Below are positions 11,842-22,900 of a stretch of 64,000 bases of DNA, in pieces. The notes under the pieces were generated by a model. It made no database searches and was not told the DNA's origin. It worked only from the letters and a program-made list of their open reading frames with translations. The position numbers were made by a program, and so were the translations under genes. The stretch is from Nemertoderma westbladi (taxonomy: Eukaryota > Animalia > Xenacoelomorpha), in the NCBI GenBank assembly GCA_032718475.1, contig JAUCBJ010001693.1, positions 1-64,000 on the forward strand. Direction: 5' to 3'. Position 1 is the first letter of the stretch. Every line of letters starts with the position of its first letter.

Positions 11842-14800
11842 TGTAACGCTATATATGCTATGATACCTGTCCGGCTACCGGTTTATATTAGTCTGACCAG
11901 TGCGTTACATACATTGACAGTATAGTGGCCCGCCCTAACCACCACCGCGAGAAAGAAAATATCTGCAGCAAAACATCTCGTCTAGACAAGATGTTCGGTA
12001 GCAACATTTCTTCTGGACATGTCGTTGCAACAACTCGTATGGACATGTTGTTGCTAAAACATCTCGTCTGAACGTGTTGTTGCTACAACATCTCGTCTGG
12101 GTGTGTTGTTGCTACAACATCTCGTCTGGACGTGTTGTTGCTACAACATCTCGTCTGGACATGTCGTTGCTACAACATCTCGCCTGGGCGTGTTGCTGCT
12201 ACAACATCTCGCCTGGGCGTGTCGTTGCTACAATATATCGTATGGACATGTCGTTGCTACAACACTTCGTCTGGACGTTTTGCTGCTACAACACCTTGTC
12301 TGGAGGTTTTGTTGCTACAACATCTCGCATAGGCGTGTTGTTGCTACAATATCTCGTCTGGACGTGTTGTTGCTACAACATCTCGTCTGGACGTGTTGCT
12401 GCTACAACATATCGTGTGGACATGTTGTTGCTACAACATCTCGCCTGGGCGTGTTGTTGCTACAATATATCGTATGGACATGTCGTTGCTACAACACTTC
12501 GTCTGGACGTGTTGCTGCTACAACATCTCGTCTGGACGTGTTGTTGCTACAACATCTCGTCTGGACGTGTTGTTGCTACAACATCTCGTCTGGACGTGTT
12601 GTTGCTACAACATCTCGTCTGGACATGTTGTTGCTACAATATTTCGTCTGGACGTGCTGTTGCTACAACATCTCTCCTGGACGTGTTGTTGCTACAACAT
12701 CTCGTCTGGAAGTGTTGTTGATACAACAACTCGTATGGACATGTTGTTGCTACAACATCTCGCATAGGCGTGTTGTTGCTACAATATCTCGTCTGGACGT
12801 GTTGTTGCTACAACATCTCGTCTGGACGTGTTGTTGCTACAACATCTCGCCTGGGCGTGTTGTTGCTACAATATATCGTATGGACATGTCGTTGCTACAA
12901 CACTTCGTCTGGACGTGTTTCTGCTACAACATCTCGTCTGGACGTGTTGTTGCTACAACATCTCGTCTGGACGTGTTGTTGCTACAACATCTCGTCTGGA
13001 CGTGTTGTTGCTACAACATCTCGTCTGGACATGTTGTTGCTACAATATTTCGTCTGGACGTGTTGTTGCTACAACATCTCTCCTGGACGTGTTGTTGCTA
13101 CAACATCTCGTCTGGAAGTGTTGTTGCTACAACAACTCGTATGGACATGTTGTTGCTACAACATCTCGCATAGGCGTGTTGTTGCTACAATATCTCGCAT
13201 GGACGTGTTGTTGCTACAACATCTCGTCTGGACGTGTTGTTGCTACAACATCTCGTCTGGACGTGTTGTTGCTACAACATCTCGTCTGGGCATGTTGTTG
13301 CTACAACATCTGGTCTGGGCGTGTTGTTGCTACAACATCTCGCCTGGACGTGTTGTTGCTACAACATCTCGTCTGGACGTGTTGTTGCTACAACATCTCG
13401 TCTGGACGTGTTGTTGCTACAACATCTCGTCTGGACATGTTGTTGCTACAACATCTCGCCTGGGCGTGTTGCTGCTACAACATCTCGTGTGGACATGTTT
13501 TTGCTACAACATCTCGCCTGGGCGTGTTGTTGCTACAATATATCGTATGGACATGTCGTTGCTACAACACCTCGTCTGGACGTGTAGCTGCTACAACATC
13601 TCGTCTGGAGGTGTTGTTGCTACAACATCTCGTGTGGGCGTGTTGTTGCTACAATATCTCGCCTGGACGTGTTGTAGCTACAACATCTCGTCTGGACGTG
13701 TTGTTGCTACAACATCTCGTCTGGACGTGTCGTTGCTACAACATCTCGTCTGGACGTGTCGTTGCTACAACATCTCGTCTGGACGCGTTATTGCTACAAC
13801 ATCTCGTCTGTGCTTGTTGTTGCTAAAACATCTCGTCTGGACGTGTTGTTGCTACAACATCTCGTATGGACATGTCGTTGCTACAACATCTCGCCTGGGC
13901 GTGTTGCTGCTACAACATCTCGTCTGGAGGTATTGTTGCTACAAAATCTCGCCTGGGCGTGTTGTTGCTACAATATATCGTATGGACATGTCGTTGCTAC
14001 AACACCTCGTCTGGACGTGTTGTTGCTACAGCATCTCGTCTGGGCGTGTCGTTGCTACAACATCTCGTCTGGACGTGTCGTTGCTACAACATCTCGTCTG
14101 GACGTGTTGTTGCTACAACACCTCGTCTGGACGTGTTGCTGCTACAACATCTCGTGTGGACGTGTCGTTGCTACAACATCTCGTCTGGACGTGTCGTTGC
14201 TAAAACGTGTCGTCTGGACGTGTTGTTGCTACAACATCTCGTATGGACATGTCGTTGCTACAACATCTCGCCTGGGCGTGTTGCTGCTACCACATCTCGT
14301 GTGGACATGTTGTTGCTACAACATCTTGCCTGGGCGTGTTGTTGCTACAATATATCGTATGGACATGTCGTTGCTCACACCGAGAATACTTACGAATAAC
14401 CGGTAGATCTCTTGGTTTTCATGATTCATTGAGGTAAGCGGAGGGGAGTACTATTCACAATTGCATAGTTAAAATAACAGTGGTTTGTATGAGTTTATGC
14501 TGTTTCATAGTCCCCAACGTACGTGAGTTAAGTTCTCCTTATATGCGAGTAAAATTGGTGACAGTCGGCAAATTAACGTGTTTCAGTATTATTGTCAGCG
14601 ACGTGAGTGCGAGTGAATAATTATACATTCCTAAAGAATGTAAACATTGCGTAGTCTCATGTCCGCCCGTTGTACAGTAATTAGTAAGTCATATCTCTGC
14701 GTGGTATTTAAAGCGCAGCACCTGAAATGAACTGTTGGCATTTCATTAAAAATAAACATAGTTTCTGGAGATTATATAGTAGAGATCAATCGAATAATAC

Positions 14801-14951
14801 AAAGTAGTGTATCCCACTCCCGCTGATAGAATCCAGTCTCCCACACTGTGGGTCATACGCCGCGCTAGACTGGCTTCTACTGTGTTCACATTTAGTATGG
14901 ACTGTCAGGCATTATAAGACACATAAATTAGCAGGTTAAACTGCGCGAACA
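11842..14951 (+). mobile_element. Putative solo/orphan LTR of a divergent BEL/Pao-like family, expanded by an internal minisatellite
   Basis: Begins TGTAA and ends gcgcgaaCA (compare TGTAA...gcgcgtaCA of the LTRs at 51319 and 62356). The last ~550 bp share many colinear motifs with those LTRs. No TSD was found and the left end is tentative. Confidence 0.55.
11966..14375. repeat. 29-bp minisatellite, ~83 copies, with higher-order structure
   Basis: Unit gttgttgctacaacatctcgtctggacgt. The variant series recurs at 406 bp, i.e. 14 units (e.g. 12708 and 13114). Confidence 0.97.
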
Positions 14952-16868
14952 GATTTCCCACATAAAAAAAAACAGTTTAAATAAAAATATCAACTATAAA
15001 CAATACGTAGGATTAAGTATAATAGCGAAACGAGAACCGTAGCTTTCCCAAACTTTTAACACGAAGACCAAAAATACTCATAGAGAATACTGTAAACATA
15101 ATTCATCAAATATTAATTAGTAAAGGAGCTGGTTAAATTAGACGGGCTGTTATTATCAAAAGAGTGAATTTATACTCCTCCTGAGCACCCGTACCTTAGC
15201 TACTGTAATTTAAACATAAACATAACTTAAAGAGTATGAATATTAACGAGCGGTTGGTTTTATTGCGATGTTTGAAATGAAAGAAAAAATGAACTCTTGT
15301 TTTGTCCATAATAAACACGAGTGGGGCCTTCGAGCAGCAAAAGCTACAAGCCATCTATCTTAGCGAACAATTATATTTTTACTATGGCTAGTTATATCTT
15401 GGCTTCCGACACACACACACACACATACAGACTTTTAGAAAACGGCCATAGTATAATTATAACAGTTTGCTGATGTCTCGCAGTTTTGACTCGCCCCACA
15501 ATAACTTAATATAGTTAATAAAGTGAAACTAACCCCTTCATTGTCCGCATTATTCCATCTCATTTGCACATTTCTCCCCGTCAACTCTTGGATATTTTCG
15601 TTAATATCTTCAAATCCTTTATTATTCATTACCAATTTAGTTTATTATTTATTTAGGTATTAATTTACTTTACACAACTGGTAACACTCTTAGACAGGTC
15701 ACGGACTCACACATTGGGTAAACAGTTTGTATCAGGTCTCAGGTATTACTGTAGGTATATACTGTAATTAGAGGACTACTGTACCTGAGTTCTTGCCAAA
15801 AAATACTTAAACTCCAATACGGATTTATTGTAAAAAGGTTTATTAAATAATTCTTAAAATTATGATAAGGATTTTCCGTGACAGTGATGAGATGAAAAGC
15901 TTCTTTAGAAAAAAATGTCGTACCTCTAATTGTTCAGTAGGGCCTACCATATCAAGTGGGTTTAAAGTTTGTAAATATATAACTCACTGCTGGGTTTATG
16001 CAATTTATGAAAACTTTACTTAATGGATTATAACCTGAAAACTTTGGCAAGTTTCCTTCTATAGGTTTATTCCATGACTCATGACATATATTTAATAAAT
16101 TAATGCGCCCTGCCTACTAAAGGTCATTATCACTTGACTAATTTTGTTAGTAGGCCTACTGTAGGGTATACAGTAATTCAGTAACTGGGATTTGAATGCC
16201 AGAATTTAATACATTTAATATGAGGAATTTGCAGTAGGGAGGAGGGCCTGAATCTGACCCTTGTTCACATATTATGCCAGCAGAATATTACATATCACTA
16301 TACCGGACATACTGGAGTTGCATATGCCCAGATAATATATTAAATATTAATCAAGTTAGTGAGTGCAACTCAACTAAATACAAGCGGATTAGAAGAACAT
16401 TGTAAATTACTGTACTTTGAAACATATATTCTGTTATTCGGCTATTGTACCTGACATTCGTGAAAAATAAGAATAATATTATTGGTGGAATTTCTCAAAT
16501 TTTTCCGGTATGAACTGACTCTTAACATCCGCGTAATAAATGTTCAATAACATATAGTTTGTTATTATGAAACATATCCTACAACGATATGACAGAATAC
16601 CAGGAATTTGTACGAGTACTTGGATCGATAGGAATTGGTGTGGTTTTGATGGCGTAATTGGAGTGGATCCATTACTTAAAATTCAAATTTGAAATATTTA
16701 GGTGGTTGCCTGGTAACACAAGCAGCGTACTCATAATCATTATTTATTAGGTAATGATTGGTCAGTTAGTAACATTCTCATAGATTTAATTAGGCCTAAC
16801 TTCATAATTTTGTAAACGAAAGTGTTATTTTGTATAATGACATTTTGTAGAATATTACATTTCTGGTA

Positions 16869-16976
16869 ATGGATAATCCGGCGTTTGAGGATAAGAGTCG
16901 AAAAGAAAGAAATGGTGCGCATGTAGAGGAGGTGGAATTCACATGGAAGGGTAAAGTGGTCAAAGGGAATAATGAG
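16869..16976 (+). CDS. ABCG probable first coding exon
   Basis: [16 protein letters not shown]...KGNNE then GAG|GTTAGT, phase 0. No conserved domain, so inferred from position and phase. Confidence 0.65.
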
Positions 16977-19900
16977 GTTAGTACTGTAGTGTCAGTAGTT
17001 ATTTATATATCATTACATCATTCGGGAATATTAGAATTAGTTTATCTAAGGCGATGTGTTCCCTGCAGCAGCTACAGCTGATATCAGTGCAATTTAATTT
17101 AAGGAGGGCGCTAGAGTTGTAAAATAAATAATGTATCCCATAGAGTTGGGCGTTTCCATTCTAACATAATTATAAAGGTAATTAAAAACTGCAATCACCC
17201 TTCATTATGTTTTATAGAAGACACCAATGGATCGAACTGGTGACCTCCGGGTTTGAAGTCTGACGCTCTAACCATTCAGCTAGCGGCTCAGGTAAAAGAT
17301 AGACCTGGAAATACTATCTGATACCTTGTATGTCCGGAATTTACCTCATCATGGCAAACCATCTGTCAATACCATCATATGCTGCCACTGTGCTCAACCC
17401 TACCATACTTGGTCGTCTTTAACCACTCGCTACAATGAAATGATAGGTATATTAACCATGAACCATCACGGCCACAATGATTAATTAAACACTCTAACTA
17501 CTAATTTTGGCAGGACAGTTGTTACACCCATGGAGAAATGCGAGTTGCCCAACAAAAAAAGTTATAATAATATGAAACTTGTAACTGTCCTACCTAAATT
17601 AGTAGTTAAAGTGTAAAATTAATCATTGTGGCCGTGATGGTTCATGGTTAATATACACTACCCTTTCATTGTAGCGAGTGGTTAAAGACGACCAAGTACT
17701 GTAGGGTTGAGCACAGTGGCAGCAGGCCATGAGGAAGTAAATTGCGGACATACAAGGTGTCAGATAGTATTTCCAGGTCTATCTTTTACCTGAGCCGCTA
17801 GCTGAATGGTTAGAGCGTCAGACTTCCAACTCGGAGGTCACCAGTTCGATCCCACCCAGGACGTCATTGCCGAATTTGCGAAAGCTGTGCCCAACAAAAA
17901 GTTCTAATATCTATTTATGAGATTATGCGGCGTAATATATCAATCAATCAATACCACCTTATTATATTAACTCCAGGGATTTTCACACTACAGATCGTAA
18001 TCTTGTACCCAAGGACAGTAAGATAACGGGCCATATTTACTCAACATTGTTGCGTCAAATAAAACCATTACGTTTTAACGTTTACTAACAATAATTAATC
18101 GCGACATGAAAGGCATAAGGATACGAGATGTAGTAATAGTAAAAGAAATAGAAAAAATATAATAGAAAGAGTATCTGTGCATGTGATGCGTCACCAGAGT
18201 TCATTGAGTAACACTTTCATCACGTTATGCAATACCTTATACAGTATATATTAGTACATCACGTTGTAAATCTTAGAGCTGTAGCAGTATTGTAAGGAAG
18301 AGGGAAGCCTAAAGATCGGCTGGTTACTGACACACCCTTAACCTAAACTTGAATATTCACATAGTTGGAATAAAATGAAGCTGATTGGTTGCCAAGTAGG
18401 AAGCATTTCTTCAGCAACCTGTTAAATTGGTAGCAACGGGATGAATGGTACAGCATAACATTCCATACAAACCAAGGGTGGCAGCTTCCGTTATTTTTTA
18501 TTTTGTATACTTATTTTTCATGTTTTGGGTTGCGATTGTTTTATTTATTCTTTTTGTTTCGTACCTTCTGAATTAATTAATACAGTACCAATTTTATGAA
18601 TGTTCTAATAATTTCTTTCATTAAACTTGTCTTTGATTAACTACACTAGAACTAAGATTAGTCAATTTGTGTATGCCTAAATTAAAAGTATGTTCAATAA
18701 TGAAGCTTAAAAGTGGTAAATACGAAATTACTAATAATACGCCTACCGGTACTAATAGACGAATAAATAACCCTACCAACCAGGACCAAGGAGATTCTGC
18801 ACAAGTGCTGATAGGTCAGCGTCAGGTGAGTTTGTTTATTCACGTTATACAGCAATGTGTTGTGGGTTGGGGCCAGGGCAAGGCGACCTTTACTACAGTA
18901 CTAACAGGCCCTGCAGCCCAGACAACTGCAGAATTAGCGTAGTCCTAAAATTCTGCACTGGCCTAGTAGTAAAGGTCGCCTTGGGCCAGGGCTTAAGGCA
19001 CCTTGGGCCAAGGCCAGGGTGTGTGTTTGCGTTTGTTACAATAATTGAAAATCTGTAATTGTATCATCCAGTAATTTGTACTGGATAAATTGCAGTATTC
19101 AGGTATTAGCGACGTAGACAAATGTTCCAGTGGGCAGTTGTGACCGGTGTCCAGTGATTAAGGTCCGGATCATAGGGAGGGAGCCACCTAGCTGTGGACA
19201 AGGTAATTAATTAGGGTCCGGATAATAGGGAGAGACACCCAGCTGTGGACAAGGTAATTAATTAGGGTCCGGATAATAGGGAGAGACACCCAGCTGTGGA
19301 CAAGGTAATTAATTAGGGTCCGGATAATAGGGAGAGACACCCAGCTGTGGACAAGGTAATTAATTAGGGTCCGGATAATAGGGAGAGACACCCAGCTGTG
19401 GACAAGGTAATTAATTAGGGTCCGGATAATAGGGAGAGACACCCAGCTGTGGACAAGGTAATTAATTAGGGTCCGGATCATAGGGAGCCAGCCACCTACT
19501 GTAGCTGTGGACAAGGTAATTAATTAGGGTCCGGATAATAGGGAGCCACCTAGCTGTGGACAAGGTAATTAATTAGGGTCCGGATAATAGGGAGAGACAC
19601 CCAGCTGTGGACAAGGTAATTAATTAGGGTCCGGATCATAGGAGCCAGCCACCTACTGTAGCTGTGGACAAGGTAATTAATTAGGGTCCGGATAATAGGG
19701 AGCCACCTAGCTGTGGACAAGGTAATTAATTAGGTTCCGGATAATAGGGAGCCACCTAGCTGTGGACAAGGTAATTAATTAGGTTCCGGATCATAGGGAG
19801 CCAGCCACCTACTGTAGCTGTGGACAAGGTAATTCATTAGGTTCCGGATCATAGGGAGAGCCACCCACCCAGCTGTGGACAAGGTAATTAATTAGGGTCC

Positions 19901-22900
19901 GGATAATAGGGAGCCACCTAGCTGTGGACAAGGTAATTAATTAGGGTCCGGATAATAGGGAGCCACCTAGCTGTGGACAAGGTAATTAATTAGGGTCCGG
20001 ATAATAGGGAGCCACCTAGCTGTGGATAAGGTAATTAATTAGGGTCCGGATAATAGGGAGCCACCTAGCTGTGGATAAGGTAATTAATTAGGGTCCGGAT
20101 AATAGGGAGCCACCTAGCTGTTAAATGTTTTATCGTCGAACATCTTCCTTATTCTTCTTTATTAATATTATATGGTTTAGTATATTATGTTGCGGAGAGG
20201 TTTTTTTCGCTCTTGTGGTGACAATCACAGCAAAAAACCAATATTGCAATGTATTTTACAGTCTACCTATTCTCGTATCTTTATTTGCACTCACTCACTA
20301 CGATCGTTAGTGTAACAAACCACCCGCATCAACACACTGTAAAATACCACTTTACACAATAACGTGAACGTAAATATTTAACATATTATTTAGATTATTG
20401 CTAATGGACCAGATAGGCAACAAGAAGATCACACTAACAGTAACCAACTTTTTGGAGCCGCATTGAAGGAAACTATCCCAAGTGTAGAATGTGGTGGCTG
20501 CGGGCTACCAGATTGTACACCATGTGCTAATAGGTAAGTAAAGGGTGGTGTGGTACTGACGACCAGATTGTGGGGCGAACCACGAAGTGAGCGAAGCCTT
20601 AGCATATAGGTATCATTAACGAGTTTTCTGTCGTGACCTAATGTACGTATGTAGTCCGTCAAAAGTTTAGAAAGAATCTGAAGTTTGGTAAAACAAATCA
20701 GACTGTCTGTAAGTTGGTACCGGTTTTTGATGAAATTAAATCAAACTTGATAAACAAGTGGTCTGTTATGTCAAAGGTTTAGGAAGATTCAGAAGTTTGG
20801 TCAAAACTCAATAATCAGACAGTCTGTCTGTCGGTACCGGCAGTTTCACACTTTTGATAAAAATAATAAGTCGCGTTGGTGACCATGGACATTTGTATTT
20901 CCCGTTAATAACATTTATTTCTAGGGGACACTTCCCATTAATAACATGTTGTTTTTCAGTGAACAATCAAGAATTGAACGTGGAGTGAATGTGTATTTCA
21001 ACAACATTACAGTTTCTATGATGGGAAGAAAGGTGTTGAATAATGTGTCAGGTCGAGCTTATCCGGGTGAACTATTGGGTGTTATGGGGCCAAGTGGTAA
21101 GTATTTGGGTTTTGGGACAAAGTGGAAAGTATTTGCGTTATGGGACCAAGTGTATTTGAGTTATGGGACCAAGTGGTAAGTATTTGGGTTATGGGACGAA
21201 GCGGTAAGTATTTGAGTTATGGGACCAAGTGGTAAGTATTTGGGTTATGGGACGAAGTGGTAAGTATTTGAGTTATGGGACCAAGTGGTAAGTATTTGGG
21301 TTATGGGACGAAGCGGTAAGTATTTGGGTTATGGGACCAAGTGGTAAGTATTTGGGTTATGGGACGAAGTGGTAAGTATTTGAGTTATGGGACCAAGTGG
21401 TAAGTATTTGGGTTATGGGACGAAGTGGTAAGTATTTGAGTTATGGGACCAAGTGGTAAGTATTTGGGTTATGGGACGAAGCGGTAAGTATTTGGGTTAT
21501 GGGACCAAGTGGTAAGTATTTGGGTTATGGGACCAAGTGGTAAGTATTTGGGTTATGGGACCAAGTAGTGTAGTGGTATATATTTTAGTTATGGGGGGGG
21601 GGGGGGGGGGTGATGATTCCAACCAGGCCCGTAGCCAGGATTTTTTAGTTGTGTAGGCGATGGAATATCAGGGTAGGCAGGCGCAAATGTTAATTTGGAT
21701 AAATTTTATAATAATAATAATTAATATTTAATAATAATTCCAAGTCCAAGGCTCTACCAACTTCGCCACTGCGTTGAAGATAAAATTATCTAAACTAAAG
21801 TAAACTATTATAAAACTAAAACCCAACTGGAAATTAACAACAAGAACACCATAACACCAACAACGGAGTGAATACTAGAAGTCTTGCTACGTGGACCTAA
21901 AAAGGCGGGGGAGAGTTTCAGATAAACCTTTTATTGGTAATACACAACACACTCAACAGGTACCTACACCTACAATAGCTACATCATAAGCAGATTCTAT
22001 TCTAAACAAAATACTGTATATGTACCATTGCCATATTACAGGATGGGTGCAACCTTTGCCCATAAGGCAGTAAGGCAATATTCGCCCGCGAGCAACCTTC
22101 GTCCAATAAGATTGTGTTAGAAACCATTTTAGTTACAAATTCAGGGAAAGGAGCAGGTTACAGATACTGCTTTTTCTAACCAAAACAATAAACGATGTTG
22201 TTACCAATTTCTAGGAAAGGAGCAGGTTACAGAGACGGCTTTTCTCACCAAAACAATCAAAGTTTGCTCTGGGCGAAGTTTGGACGAGGGCGAAGTTAGC
22301 TGCGTACCTTACAGGACCAGTGTTCGGTGACTGTAAGGGTGGAGTAGGCCCTACTGTTACTGTACTGTAGTAGTAGTAACAGTGTTGGCCTACGGAAGGT
22401 ATTATTAAAATGAAAGTAAATCTGAGTGTAATATGTACTGGTGTTTGATTACTTCAAGGCGAATTTTTAAAGAAGACGCATGGAACCAGAAAATGGTGGG
22501 GTGTAAAAATGTAAAATTATTACTAATTAAGTAAAATTTCTCCCAAAAAATTGGGTAGGCGAGACCCACGTTTGGGTAGGCGGCGCCTACCTTCGCCTTA
22601 TACTGGCTACGGCACTGATTCCAACCATAAGTATTTCGGTTATTGGACAGAGTGGTAAGTAATTTTGTCATGGGACCTTTTCAGAAGAATCCTTCACTGC
22701 AATAATCCATATTTTACCAACTTCCCTAGGTGCCGGTAAGACGACTCTACTCAACATACTTGGAGGTCGACACACAGAAATAGATTCGGGTTACTTTCAC
22801 ATTAATGGGGTTCCTTTAACCAAAAGAATGAGACGAAAAATATGCTATGTCCTGCAACATGACGTATTCTTCCCAAATTTAACTTTAAATGATACATTAA

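Noticed and set aside
12074-14437. Long Cys/Leu-rich ORFs in three frames
   Set aside because: Translations of a stop-poor 29-bp minisatellite; the same peptide cycles through all frames.
14410-14951. Group I intron, RNase P/MRP or dicistrovirus IGR-IRES identity for the conserved LTR block
   Set aside because: By eye I could not find their diagnostic core motifs on either strand; an Rfam cmscan is needed to be decisive.
17792-17862. Functional tRNA gene (Gly-TCC, or TCA suppressor/Sec on the opposite arm)
   Set aside because: Anticodon and acceptor stems do not pair, there is no long variable arm, and no T-run terminator.
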